Assembly (NCBI GenBank): GCA_026914245.1
Contig: CP110439.1
Span: 3,658,001 to 3,722,000, forward strand
DNA length: 64,000 bases
Direction: 5' to 3'
Source of the DNA: Puccinia triticina
Taxonomy: Eukaryota
Below, piece by piece: positions 39,145-52,414 of this stretch. The position numbers and the translations under genes are program-made. Position 1 is the stretch's first letter; every line of letters starts with the position of its first letter. The notes beneath the pieces were generated by a model. That model was not told where the DNA came from. It made no database searches and saw only the letters and a list, made by a program, of their open reading frames with translations.

Positions 39145-39710
39145 AGGGGGGTTCACAATTGAATTTTTTAGAACCTTGGAGGTCAATTTAAGGCCTTTAT
39201 GAACATAATTTTAAAATTTTGGCAAGATGTCCATGTGAAGCCCCACCTCCTGCTGGGTTTCACAAACTAAGATGTAGACATGTCACAGATAAATATGTAG
39301 TCTGTGCTCCCTTCCACTTCCTAGCCGGCAGAGATCCACCTTCATCCATCTCTCCTGGCTAGGTAAGCCTCTCCCTTTTCCTTCTTTTCTGTTCTGATCC
39401 CTTTTCACTTCTTCCCTTCTTAGATCTAGTTGTACTCACGGAGAGATCCACCTTCATCCATCTCTCCTGGCTAGCCCCTTTTCCATCATTGAAATACAGC
39501 CCGTGAACTAGAAGCACTCCCGAGCCTTGAGCTTCGCCCCTCCTGTGCCCACTCGCTACGGACAGTGAAGGACTCCCAACTGGAGTCCTTACAGTCCAGA
39601 AAAAGGTGTGACTGATCAATCAGTGCAATTTATCAACTTTTTCAAAATATGTTCACAAACAGGTTAAAATGGGTCCTAAAGTTTTACAAATTTCAATTGT
39701 GAACCCCCCT
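39145..39710. mobile_element. MITE, PIF/Harbinger-like, 566 bp
   Basis: TIR aggggggttcacaattgaa; 3-bp TSD ATT at 39142-39144 and 39711-39713. Confidence 0.85.
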
Positions 39711-40208
39711 ATTGATTAATCATGTTGTAATTTGACCAGTATGAAAATATTTCTCCCAACAATTTGATTGATTGCCTCTCGGCTACATAATTTGAGGATT
39801 GAATTAAATTGATACATATTGTGAAAAACTGAAATAGCGAAGAGGAGATGGGGACACGGAGTTCGGCATTCCTTCCTTCGGGCACCAACAGTAATCCAAG
39901 TTTATTAAAGCCTCTGAATCACAAAACAAAAATTCAAGGGTTTCCCCTACAAATCTCCAAAAATCACAAAAAAAAAATCAAGGGTTTCCCCCTACAACTT
40001 CCAGAAAAAAAAAAACAGGAAGGGTTTCCCCTCTACAACTGCCAAAATAAAGTAAAAAAAAAAACAATATTAAAAAACCCCCAAAATAGAACAATAATCT
40101 GCACCCAGCCACCTAACATCAGCAAGCTGATGCACCGTGGCCCACCATCCATCCCTGTCTAGCAGGGTTAAAAAATGGTGAGAGGATGACCCCCAGCGCG
40201 CCGCATTG

Positions 40209-40326
40209 AAGGCATTATGCAAAGGGGGGCCAACAAGTTTAACCCCTCAAACTGTGCAAGTGCAACAGCGGAGGGGGTGAGGACAAACCGCACGCTGGAA
40301 TTACAGCGGCAGAGGATGCCCTGGGG
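40209..40326 (+). repeat. Conserved ~120-bp motif, putative Helitron 5' subterminal region
   Basis: Near-identical to 50134-50250; inverted partial copy at 49926-50006. Confidence 0.7.
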
Positions 40327-40941
40327 ATTAATCGAACCCACATTAAGGACTGGCTTTTATATTCAACTCAATGCCTGGTTAGCCTCTGCCTTCCCCTCAA
40401 CTCCACTTATGCTTGACAACCATCTGCAACCGCCCCACCGCTCTGTATCGTGGCACTGACTACATGTATATATGTACATCAAATCCTGACAGCAGATTGT
40501 GAAATTTGAATGTGCAGCTTACTCACTCGTCATCATCTCTACAAGACCCTTGGTCCAATGGTACTGCATCAGCCATTGCAGCCAGTTGTCTCTTCAGCCT
40601 CCCACATCCCGGATCTGGTGCGCAACTCATGCTACCCCCTTCAACTTTTGCCCGCAGCTTGCGCAGCTGGAATCCGCGTATGTAGATACATACACACGGC
40701 ACAAGGTCTGCAGGACCCCCAAACCCGCCACCACCGCCACCGCCTCCTCAGAGCGTTTCTTCCGAACAACACCACAGCCAATAACACTCCACCCTCAAGG
40801 ATGTCCTTGGTACAAGTCATCGCTGCACATCGAGAACAGTGAGAACCACATGAAGGTGAGCATATACATGTTCCACTGAAGCGGGCGGAGAGAGGAAGAC
40901 TGAAGCAACAACACAGTTTCTGTCAACAGAAGTTTGTAAGG

Positions 40942-41233
40942 ATGACATCGAATACGAAGACGGCGATCACAAGCCACCAACAGTACCATTTGGCGGGACT
41001 GACGGAGCGCGAGGTCGATCCAGAGCCATTGGTTGGTCTCCAAGTGCTGGTTCGAAAAGGCGCACCACTCGGGCCTTGTGGCGCAGCCGGAGGCGATGTG
41101 CGTGTCAACAGCTGGGCTGACGGGGACGCCGTCGGGGCGCTTGATGCTGATCAAGAAGTTCATCCGGGACCGCTTCGTGTTCTTCAGCAACTACGACTCG
41201 CGCAAGGCGGGCGAGCTGGTCGCCAACCCATGA
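40942..41233 (+). pseudogene. PDX3: N-terminal fragment of pyridoxamine 5'-phosphate oxidase, frameshifted
   Basis: QYHLAGLTEREVDPEP, then in another frame WFEKA...QPEAMCVSTA..GTPSGRLMLIK...FVFFSNYDSRKAGELVANP. Confidence 0.8.
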
Positions 41234-41779
41234 AGGTCATCATCTGCGGAGTTAGATGGCAGGACCTCCGACCATCAAGCCCAAGATTGTCTCCGCCGCC
41301 GAACAGTTTGACGACCAAGCAACCGTCCCGAAAGGCGACGCCATGGCCAAGGGCTACTTCCACTCCTATCAGACCAACCCATCTTAATGGAAAATTGCCA
41401 TCCAACCCGGCTACCGGACGGTCCATATTGGCCGCACCTCCAACCCGCTGCCCATCTCGATCCCCAACGTTTTCGCCCGCAGACCCTGTCAGAGCCACCC
41501 CACACCAACAGCAGCAGCAGCAGCCACTCAGTGAGCTTTTTCGCAAATTTGAGCCCTCCTCGTCCCCGGAGGCCACTGACACACTCATCTCCAAGACTAA
41601 CACCATCCGCACCAAATATCACAGTCACATGCATGCTATCAAGTCACATCAACTCCACTCAGCCACAATTGTGGTCCGTCACCCTCGTCATCCCTGTCTG
41701 GAGTCGGCCCAATCCTGCTCAACCAAAGCCGGCTCGCCGAGATCCCTGAGCTCCCACGTCTCCTCCCTGCCCCATGAAG

Positions 41780-41931
41780 TTCTCATGTCCCTGGCCGAGA
41801 GCCGCGGGGTCCACGCCTCTTTCCTGCCTGAGTCAGGCAGCCAGCTCGCCGTCCTCGCCGGCTACTTCCTTCTCGCAAAACCGTCCCTCTCACTCTCAAG
41901 ACTTGCCAACTTCAAAGTGCTGCATGGTTGA
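41780..41931 (+). pseudogene. Fragment of a trans-polyprenyl diphosphate synthase (Coq1/Dlp1-like)
   Basis: GSQLAVLAGYFLLAKPSLSLSRLANFKV resembles the family motif GNKxAVLAGDFLLxRASxxLxRLxN. Confidence 0.6.
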
Positions 41932-44084
41932 GAAAATCATGACTTCAACCTTGTAAGCAAAGACAAGCTTGATTGCTTCGCGCTGGATCTTGGATTGATG
42001 ATCCTCACTGATGATTTCATTTGGACAGAAATCATCGTCTGGCGGGCTATCTTCGGGCACGGCGGCCATTGGCATGAGTGATGAGTGTCTCTTGACCTGA
42101 AAGTTTAGCTCCCAGAACTTGCGGTCTCCAGAGAAGTGGGAAGGCTCTGGGGAGATGAGAGGGGAAGTAATCCAGCTGGTTGAGGCTTCTTGGTAAGCCC
42201 CCGGACCATGGAAATTGAGGCTAAGGTATTGCGCCTGCTGTCAAGGAACAAGTGCGCAGATTGAGCTTGGATGGGCGCGAGAATTGATAAAGGATGAGCT
42301 GGAAGCTATTTAAGCTGGACATGTTAATTATTTTTTTGATTGGTGTGCTGTTGCTGTGAGTTACCTCAAGCATTGTGGGTTGCATTGAGCTCATCTATTC
42401 ATCTCTAACCTTATCCAGAGTAAGATCCTTCAACAAATTACATCCACAACATCACCCAGCATCCCCACTATCATCAACATCTCTCCACACCTCATTATCT
42501 TTCTCCACCAGCTTATCTTCCTCCACCAGATCAGATTTCCTTACATATTTAATCTGGTGTATATTCCCATGGATAGATTACAAGAACAGGTTTTTTTGTC
42601 TAGATCTTGCTGTATTCAATGAGCCAACTGCCATTAGTCAGGGTGGACTCAACACCTACTGAAGGGACATGATGAAAGGAATTCCTGAACTGAATTGTGT
42701 TCTCTGATCACTATCACCCAATCAAGGCATATATATGCAATGCTTAGTCACAACAAACTACATCTTGTTTTACTGTTAACTTGCTCATATAAAATTTGAA
42801 GAGTTGTTTTGTGCTTTGTTTCTTTCAATAGCTGACCAGGTCACCTGTTTTGTTGGTTATAATGCTTTCAGTGATCAAGTTGTGAAATGAAACTCCCTAA
42901 CCAGCTATCCAAATCAATGGCTTAATGATTCCAATTGAGCACCTTTTGATCACATTTCAATTCATAGAGAACAGTCTCCTTTTGGTTATTTTTCACATGT
43001 TGCAATGAATCAGGTGTGCAACAGCAGAACACCGTGATGATAAGTTTGTGGAATGATTATTGATTCACTGCATAAACAGATAGTAAAAAGAAACAAGAGA
43101 GGAGAGAAAAAAGATGTGAAAATACTGACCTGGAACAGCAGATCACCATCATGATAGGTTTGTGGGAGGATGAGGAAAACACCTCCCACATCTGCTGCTC
43201 CAGATGACTACACTACAAGCTGTGACAAGTTGTGATATCTGAGAGACAGGTTGGAGAGCAGACACACACACACTGAGAGAGGAAAAGAAAACAACACCTC
43301 AACATCAGGGAATTAGTAGTCTGACTCCCAAACAAAATTGATGAATTCAAATTCCAACTCCCACAAAACCCCTGGGGACTGGGTACAGACATCAAGATAT
43401 GGTCCTCCCAACGTGTTATGACTGTAGCGTGGGCTTCCATGTACATACCTTACAATACATTTTACATACAGCACTCTCAAGGTTTGAGACCTGGAGATCC
43501 AGGCTGCTTCCTTATCCTGCAATCTAACATCTTGGATCCAGAAACCCCAGAACCCCGCTCCTCAGATCACATCTTCCTCTCCTAAATACTTGACCATAAC
43601 ACAATGTATGTTACTCTTGGAAGTCAGAGATTCCATTTTTGGGATTCAATTAGTCAAGCCCGCAAATTCAATTGTGAACCCCCCTCAAGGTAGATACTCA
43701 GGCCAAATTTTGCAGCATCATTATTAATTTATTACACAATAAATAAATGTGGCATGTGACTTGACAATATATGAATTTGAAACATCATTTTTTGGCCTGA
43801 TATTTTGGAATGAAACTGTCAAGGTTTATCATGGTTTCCTTACAAAATATTAACCAAAAGAAATATCTTTTACAATATGTAATTTTAGGTTCTTTTTAAT
43901 AGTACGCAATATGTATCACACTGCCAAACATGGCCTTAAATGTATTCATTTTTATGTATTGGTTTTTCAAAACACATAAAATCAACCTTGATGATAGATA
44001 TCTCAAAACATGCTATACATTCAGAATTCAAAAACATGAAGTACTGCCACAGAAAAAAAGAGTTGAGCTTTGCACGTGAGCTCT

Positions 44085-44112
44085 GCAGCGGCGGAGCCGC
44101 CTTGTCCTCTAG
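44085..44112 (+). mobile_element. Helitron 3' terminus
   Basis: gcagcggcggagccgccttgtcctctag followed by T. Confidence 0.75.
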
Positions 44113-44194
44113 TCAGTTTCCAAATTTTTGTTTACCTTTTGTTGTTTTTGTTGTTGTCTTGCAAATTGCTACCATGCTTTTGGTTTTCTCAATA

Positions 44195-44800
44195 TACTGA
44201 GGAAAATCATAGAACCGGTTGGACGAGGCTCGTTTGAGCCAGGGAAAGCATCCAATATCCAAGACTACCCAGCGACTGTCCCGGTCCACCACCAGAAATC
44301 CCTGAACAAGTTTAGCCACCTCCATCTTCTCCTCCGCCTCCCTCCCACTCTTGTCTGCCGCCGTGACCACCAACGCACCTGGGAACTCAAACTGAACCGT
44401 CATGATCTTGAGCCAAAGCCGCGGCTCAAAGTCTTCCTCGAACAGCAAATGACCCTGCAGCAGCCATTACAGCACGCAGCCTAGCACCCAGATGTCCAGG
44501 GAGGGAGACGCCAGAGGGTCTCCGACCGCAGCTGCTCCGGTGGCGTGTACGCTAACAAGCCCGCAGAGGTTGGGAACATGTTTAGCAAGCAGAGAGGCTC
44601 CTCTTCTGCTCGAATGCTAAGCTCGTCCTCGCCCTCAGCCTCCTTGACGGGCTGGGATACGAAGACGGAGTTGTTGAGCTCTGGGGGCAGCTGAGAGCGG
44701 GTGTTGTGAGAGGAGAGAATCCAGATCATCTACCTCGAGTGGATAACGTCTGCCGGCTGGTCTTGGATGTAGCGGATAATCTGGTTGGCGAACTGGTCAA
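44195..44800 (-). pseudogene. Degenerate Ser/Thr protein kinase C-lobe fragment
   Basis: AGLLAYTPPEQL, then after a frameshift SLDIWVLGCVL*WLLQGHLLFEEDFEPRLWLKIM...LVQGFLVVDRDSRW (subdomains VIII-XI). Confidence 0.65.
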
Positions 44801-45429
44801 GCTGCTCGAGCCTGGAGTAAAGAGCGACGGAGTTTCTGAGGGTGTGGTCGCCAGAAAATGGGGGTATAGGGCTGGGTGAAGGTGGCTGCTGGCATGGAGG
44901 GTGTTGAGGAGGGCTCGGATGCGCGTTCCACCAGGCCAGGACCAGCTAGAAAAAAAAACAAGGAGTGTGAATTGCGGTGGGGAAGGGGGTGAAGTGCGGC
45001 CTACAAGAATGTTATACAGACGGATTGATTTGGTTGGGAGGTGCATGCCTGTAGCGAAGCGTGGGTTGCATCTAAATTGGTCGTACAGTTTGTTTGTTGG
45101 TTGGCGGCGCCGCGCAGGGACAGGCTGTTGTATGTAGATGTGGAAACAAAAAAAAGCCAAGATTATGTTAGTGTATCACGGGAAAACTTCAGTTACAAGC
45201 CGTGCACTGGAGGGGAAAACCAGTGGTAGGTGGAGGGAAGCTGGTTGTGGTGACAGTTGCAGTGGCGAGCGATACTGACCAGAAAATGGAGACAGTTGTT
45301 ATATGGTGAGCGGTGGCGGGTGATTAGAGAACAGTCATGGCAGAGCAGTAGGGACAAGCGTGGCTGGTGGGCAGGGGTTGGAGGAAGCGCCGGAGAGCCT
45401 GCTTTGAAGGTTGGATTGGTTTTGCTGTG

Positions 45430-48400
45430 CAAAGAGTTGCGGCGCGGAGTACATATAATCCATTTCTCAGCTGGTCATTCGCCAGTGGAGAGAGGCGGAA
45501 GAACCGCCTCACCTCTTAGAGTAATTTCCTCTCTAAATTTTAGCGCCTTAACTTAGGGCGCTTGGATAAACCCGGGAGCTATCACGATAGGTCCCCAAGT
45601 TCACCCGGTACGGGCTGAGGGGAGTAGTTTCTTTTCCCTTCCCTTTCTCCCTTTGCCTTGTGCTTACGCGTCAGGGTCAGGAGTCCTTCTTCTAGGAAGG
45701 GAAGGGATGGTTTTCCTTTGGAGGAAGAGTTCATGACTCTCTCCTAGAAACTTTGACTCAAAAGAGATTGGGATCTCTGGCCTTAGCGCAGAGATCTCTC
45801 CCAAAGGTAGGAGCCCACTCCCGTAACTCAGATTTGTCTGAGCCTGGCTTCGTGCCTCTGTCTCTCCCTCAGCGGCTGTATCACCCATTTCTGCTTTCCT
45901 ATTCCTAGGTCGGTATTTTCATTTCATCCTAATGATCTACTTGTATGATTAGTTCTTCTAGATCGCGTGGAACCGTAATGTAAATTTGATCTATGGTTCT
46001 ATGGCCTTCTTGGATTCCTCTGGATAGTGCGTCGGCGCGGTTTTCCGCTGACACAACTCTTTTTGCCACTAGATTAATCTGATGTTTGATTAGCATCTTT
46101 TGGATAATCTTCCATTCTGCGTTTACAAATCTGTCTCCCGACTTCCTTTTGGTGATCACGGACTCGGTTGTTGAGTTGTCTGTCCAGACAATGAAAGTCT
46201 TGCTCTTCTTGGCGCCGATCTTGATTAGCATCATTAGTCCCAGTCGGACCGCTATTGTTTCTAGCCTTGCAATACGCTCTTCTTCAGAGTTTTCCACTAA
46301 TCCTCTTCCCAGCTTCTTTATTGAATGGAGACGGAATTGGGCCCATTTGCGGCCAATAAGCACGCCTATGCCGAAGCTAGTGGACGCATCCCCCACCCAC
46401 CCAATCTCTGTCGGATCGGGATTTGCTATCAATCTTGTTGATTTGAAGTTTCCTAGGGTGTATAGCCATTCATGCAGGTCTTCGTTGACGTCGTCCGGGA
46501 CCGGTCGATATGACCGCCTGTCTATCCACTCCATCATCCACTTGTAGAGGCTGCAGAGGTAGCAGCGCAACTGGGGGAGTACGTACGAGACGTGGTTGAG
46601 GCGGCCCACCAGGATTTCGACTTCGCTATATCTAAATGTTGCTCCCAGTTCGAGAAAAACTTGGATCTGTGTGATTCGTTTTGCTAATTATCCTCGGGCA
46701 GGCGGACTGTCTTTTGGAATCCATTACAAATGAATCCCACGTACTTCTGTTCTTGGAGGAACGGGGAGAACTTCTCTTTATTCGTCTTCACTCCTAGCTC
46801 TGTTGCCCGCTTTACTATGTCTTCCATCTGCACATTGGATCGAGTGCTCTTCACAAACATGTTGTCGTCGACCCATCGGAAGATGGTCATCACATCAAAC
46901 TCCTTCAACATCAACTGTTTCCATGCATCGGCCGGTCGCCCAAATGAGCCGCATCCCGCAACGCCTCCAAACGAAATTCTTGTATCCAGAATCATCTGGT
47001 TGTCGAAGTTTCTAGTCATCAGAAAGGGCCACTGGTCCGGTGCCGTTGGGATCTGGCGGTAAGCCTTCTCCCAGTCGAATATCGCGAGAAGTACCGGTTC
47101 TTTGAGCTCTTGGATGAATTTTGCTACAACGTTGAAGTCATCCCATGTTGTCAAGAAGTCTTCTGAATCGACAAAAGAATTTACTGAGGGGATTCCTTGA
47201 CGTCCATGCGGGAATGACAGGTCATTAATCGGCCAGAGAGAGCCGTCACCGTTAATCACAGCTCCTAAGGGGCTGGTTCGGAAGAAAGGGAAGTGCCGTA
47301 GCACTTCTTCTGGGCTGAAGGGGCCAAACATTCTTCCGGCATCAATTTCCTTCCTTATTGAGTCCTCAATTTTGGCTCGCGCCTGGAGGGCAGACTCGTG
47401 ATTTGGCGGGGAGTAAAAGCCGTCTAGAGTTTTGATCGTGTGGTTAGGAATACCCTGATCAAACCCCCTGGTGAAGCCTTCTAGCACGTCTGCAAATTGT
47501 GGTAAGAGCTCCCACTTGCGGAGCGCCTTTTCCCACTCTTCCAAGTTCATCTCACAGCTTACTTTTGTTGGCCACCTATTTGCGGAGGGTTCCTTGATTT
47601 CCTTGCTTTCAGTTTTCCTCACTATCTTACAAGACTCGGGTGGCACAATGTGGCTTGGTGTGTTGTTACGCATCTGGCTATGGATTGCGGACATACAAGC
47701 ATGAAACTTATTAGATGACTATTCTAACCAGAAGAAAATATACACAGGTATTGGGTATGTTCTATGCTTCGGGGTTACGTTCCCGCCCGTTGGAAAAAAA
47801 GAGGGGGGGGGGGGGGTTGAGCTTCCTGGTAGGTTGCTCACACCCGGACCTCAACAACAAAATTTGGGGGGTATAGGGCTAGACAACGAAGATGGTGTCA
47901 ACGAAGCGCCTTACTAAAAGTTTCTTCCTCTCTCCTTTCCGCCCGCTCGATCCCCGCCCCGATTGCCTCCTCTGTCGCCACCCCGGTCGTTGTATCCTCC
48001 ATCCCAGCGGTTGCCTTTGTATCCATGGGACCGCGCCTGCCGTCCGGACCCTTGCCCTCGCTCCGGGGGGGACTGGCCTCGTTGGTTGTTCTGGTTCTTG
48101 CTGGTTGATTGGTGATTGCCCCCGTTTCCTTTCGTGTTCGTGTTACCAGACCCATTCTTGGCTTTTGTTGGATCTTGACCGGTTACTGGGTCCCAAGTCC
48201 TCCTAGGACCCCCCTTTGCATAGGGGTCCTCGGGGAAATCGATCTCTTCGAATTTCCTGGTCCTTGCGATAATCTTTTGCGCGATTTCTTCATTGAGCAC
48301 CGAGATGTTGCTGATCAAAATCTGCCCGTCTGGCATGATGACCCGATGCGCGAAGGCGTTCATCCGTACGTTTATGTCGTAGCGGAGGCCTGTCATAAAC

Positions 48401-49620
48401 CCATGTTGGGTCACCAGTCGATCGCAATGCCTCTTGTGGGCCAAGAGCCACCCGGCGAACTTTGGGTAGTTGCAAACCCTGATCAAGGCAGCGTGAAATC
48501 CTTGATGATTGATTGAACACTCTGCGTATGTTTGGGTGTACTTGCATGGGTAAGGGTACCCCGTGTAGCGGTATTGATCGGTGTTGCTATCATCCGCTTT
48601 CAACTGTTTTTTGGCGTAGTGTATGATTGCCTTATCCTGCCAGACCTCATTGAAGATGGTCAACGGCAACGGACTCCTGAGCTCTCGAAGGTTCCTTTCA
48701 AAGAATGGGGTGAATCCCACATCATGACTGGCCGGTCTTGCTGCGTCGTCGAAGATAATCCCCCCTGGCATCGTGTCCGCTGGTCCAATGGATGGTAGGG
48801 GGCCCCACGCCCGGTCGTCTGCCTGGTTGAAGGTGGGTACTCTCAAGAGCTGACTGCTTGTAGTGGTGGGGGTTAGTGGCTTGGTTGGTTGCGGCCTTTC
48901 TGTGGTTTTAGCGGGGTTGGTTCCCGGCTTACCAAGACCTTCAGCGATGTTGAAGAACCTTGCTGCCCGATCGAGATCGCCGGCGTCCTCCGCTGCAAGA
49001 GCCCGGTCGATCATTTGGACCATCCGTTCTTTGATCCTGGTCTCGGTCTCCATTTGGCCTGGTGGGGTTAACATCTCTACCTCGTCGGTATCGATGAGGC
49101 TTGTGGCTAGGAGTTTGTGGCAACAGCGCAGGAGTTAGATTCGCTCAACGGAGCTTCCTTGGACCTTGGATTTTGGTCACATACCAGGGTTGTAGCCCTT
49201 TGGTTTATCTCCTAACACGGATCTGTAGCGGTCTGCGACGGCAGTTCCCTCGTTCGCTGAGCCACTGCTCTTGGTCGACGGACCTTCCATAGGAGTTAGT
49301 CGATCCCCGCCCGTGGGGGTCGGCTCCGCTGGTGCTTTTGATGACAACCTGGTTTTGCGGTCCGACACCGGGATCGTCTTCTTAGGGGCTTTGTTCTTCT
49401 CCTTGCTTCCTCCTCCGGTCTCTTCTGGGCGACTTTGTTGCTCGGGTTGAGACTGGGCTGGCACTGGTTGCTGTTCTTGGCCAGGTTCTGTCGGCGTCCT
49501 CCCCGTCATTGCTGATCTGGCGTAGTTGGTTAAGTCTGTGAGCCTATTTGACATCCTTTTCGTATCTGTAGCCTGTCAAGGGAGAGATATTCGGAAAGAA
49601 AAAGGGCGAAAATTAATCCT
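45430..49620 (-). mobile_element. DIRS/Ngaro-like retrotransposon (gag-like, RT, RNase H), degenerate
   Basis: RT 46684-47694 with FDWEKAYRQIP, FGGVAGCG and FRWVDD. DIRS-type RNase H 45929-46609 with GDASTSFGIG, VWTDNS and NRADALSR, joined to RT by a frameshift near 46688. Gag-like ORFs at 47914-49554. Boundaries approximate. Confidence 0.85.
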
Positions 49621-49925
49621 TGGAGGAGCTGTTGGCCTGGTGATTGGTTTGTCGAAGGTGGTGTTTGGAGCCGGACAAACTAGGTTGTGCGTGGCCGGGA
49701 GTACCTCCGGTATGACCCGCCTTGTGGGTTGCAGGCCGCAGCCGCAGTGCCCTCCAGGTGTCCCTTGCGGCGCTGCGCAGCTTCACCACGCCTTGAAGGT
49801 GCTGTGCTGCTAGCGCGCCGGGTGGAGCTCATTAGGCGCCGCTTCATGGATCAGGCCCACATCCGCTGCGCTCCTGTAAACTAACAGGACGGTAAGGTTT
49901 CCTTTGTCTTTCAGCTGGTGCAATC

Positions 49926-50250
49926 TGGCATGCTGTAATTCCAGCTGCCATTGACCCCCAACCTCCCCCAACCCCTCCGCTGTTGCACATGCACAGTTTG
50001 AGGGGCAAAGAGTGGGCCCCCCACTGGTCACAGCCTTTGCTGCGGGCCGGGGGCCTTCACGTCCATCCTTTTTGACCCGTGCGCTTGACGCGGGCTGGGG
50101 GGTGATCCTGTGGACACAGCACTTTTGCTAGTAAAGGCATTATGCAAAGGGGGGCTACCGAGTAGAGCCCCTCAAACTGTGCAAGTGCAACAGCGGAGGG
50201 GGTTGAGGACAAACCGCACGCTGGAATTACAGCGGCAGAGGATGCCTGGG
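49926..50250. repeat. Two divergently oriented copies of the putative Helitron 5' motif
   Basis: cccctcaaactgtgca.gtgcaacagcggagggg occurs on minus at ~49972-50006 and on plus at ~50168-50202. Confidence 0.75.
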
Positions 50251-51490
50251 GCAAACAATACTACTCATCAGGCTTCATTAAATAGCCATTCAGACACAAC
50301 AAACCTGCCCGACTTCTCCCCTCCAGCTCGACGCCTCGACCCTGGTACCCAGTTTCAACCATTAGGCCGTCACCAAGCTCCCTACACACAACAATGTTGT
50401 GCCACGATGGCCATTGCAGGCAAAAGCACTCAATACATATGTAAGCATGAGCACAACAATGAACTCCTCCCAACTGTTGCATAACCTGACCAGACTATAC
50501 TATTCTCTGACCACTGCTAGGCGGCGCCCTCGCCATTGGATGATCTCCCTGGGCGCTTTCGTTGCTCTCGCCAGGCTGGGGTGGTCAATCAACAAGTACT
50601 AACTCGGCGCCGAGGTAGCTTCAGTGGCTTGTTTGTTGTCTGGTCCTTCAATCTTCCACAATTGCTATGTGTATTATGGCTGACTTGATTTCTCTCATCC
50701 AACAGCTGTCTCGGCGACACAATGGTGGCGACCTCGATATTTTTTTGCGCCATTGTCGTTTTCTCTGGACCCGCCCGTCTGCCTCTGCCCCTCTATTGGG
50801 CCGCCTCCGCCCGTCTGCCCCTCAAACCATCTCTGGTTATCCGTCCGCGGGACTTCTTAGTCCCAAACCCACTCCGGCCCCGTTTCCGCAAGACTTCTTA
50901 GCCGTAGTATCTGTTCGACTCCGTTCCGCAAGGCTTCTTAGTCTCGAGATCCGTTCCGACTCCGTTCCGCGAGGTTCTAACCTCAATAATCCGTTCTACC
51001 TCCGGTCCTATCTGCCTATCACCTAACTCCGTTTGGTAGAGACTTCTCAGTCTTATTCTACCCCGACCCCCTCCCTAGCATCTCATTCTCCAGCCAACCG
51101 GCTCCTCCGGCTCATCTGGTATTCCTGCTCAAAGAAATCCCAACTACACACAGGATGCAGCGAGAAAAACAGGAGCGATTCTCTGACCAAAGTGCTGGAT
51201 ACCACGAGGCGCGCATCAGAAATCTAGAAGCGGTGGTGCGCTTACTTTTAGCTCAACAAGGACTGGCCAGCCCCCCTTGGTCCCCTCTAGTACTTTCCAA
51301 TACTCGATTCAGAGGGGCCTCGTACCGCTTTTATCCAGGACATTGGTGGACTCTTTGGAGTAAAAATCGCGAGACGGGAGGCTTAAACGACGCACTCATG
51401 CGGACACTCCGCCTAGTCAATCTTCATCGAGCAGGCCGTTCAGAATTGTGAGCTCCATGGATGACCCCGGCTCATCCAAGTCACCACCGC

Positions 51491-52412
51491 TGTGGTGGCC
51501 CCTCCCGTGGCCAGCTAGTCAGGATCATCGCCGCCGCTGGGATTGTCATCAAGAGTCCAGTTTCAGTTTCATTCCTCAAGTCTCAAGAAACATCAAGATC
51601 CTCAAGACCCTCACAAATTCATCCTCCCCCCCATCTTTCCTCATCTTTCATTCCTCTTCTTCCATACTCCTTTCCCCCCCCTCTCTTTTTTTTTCTTTCT
51701 CCCATCTTTCCATCTCCTTTTCTTCTCAGTCCCCATCACCTTTCAGTTTTCTTGGTCCTAACACAGCGCCTGCTGTGGGTTTTTTTTCCTGGTTATTTCT
51801 GGTTCTCTTCCTTCTGTTTTGTTCTGTTTGTCTGTCCTGAGTGTTTCTGCCTTCTCCTTCTTCTTTCCATTCTTCTTTCCTCTGGTTCTTCTTTTGTCTC
51901 CTCACACTTTCATTTCTTTGTTTCTTTGCCTTGTGTTCTCTGTTTCCTGTTCCTCTTGTTTGTTGTGTGTGTGTGCGCGCGTAGCGCGCGGAGGAGATGA
52001 TGAAATACATGTGACATGTCACCCGGAGTCCAAGTTCAGCTCGAACTTGGATGATGGGTGGGCATGGCATTCTGATCCCCAGAATACGGACCATCACGGA
52101 GCTCATAGATCATATCTTCAGAGTTTCAACTTACGGGCTCCGCCCGCCGATCATCTTTTGTCCAGAATCTCAGATCCCTTTCCTTCCCCTCTTTAAGATC
52201 ACTTCTCATTCCCCCAACAACAAAAAAAAAAAAAAACGCCGCCGAGGATCCAAAACCCCGGCGAACCTCTCAAAACCACCCCAACCACAAAGCTATCCCA
52301 GATCCCCCCATTTCAGCGCTCAACCTTCACGGACCACCCACCTCGAGGGCAGCCTAAACAGCACCCACCCCCTCACGCAACTGCCTCCGCTTGTACGGAC
52401 AGGAGTTCCTCA
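51491..52412 (+). repeat. 5' LTR
   Basis: Near-identical to 59195-60117. Confidence 0.95.
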
Positions 52413-52414
52413 TT

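Noticed and set aside
40942..41931. 329-aa ORF as a real gene
   Set aside because: It is a patchwork of captured fragments, and most of the PDX3 homology lies in another frame. Translation is not excluded but is unsupported.
51448..52196. Hydrophobic Phe/Ser/Leu-rich ORFs, duplicated at 59083-59900
   Set aside because: Translations of pyrimidine-rich LTR sequence.
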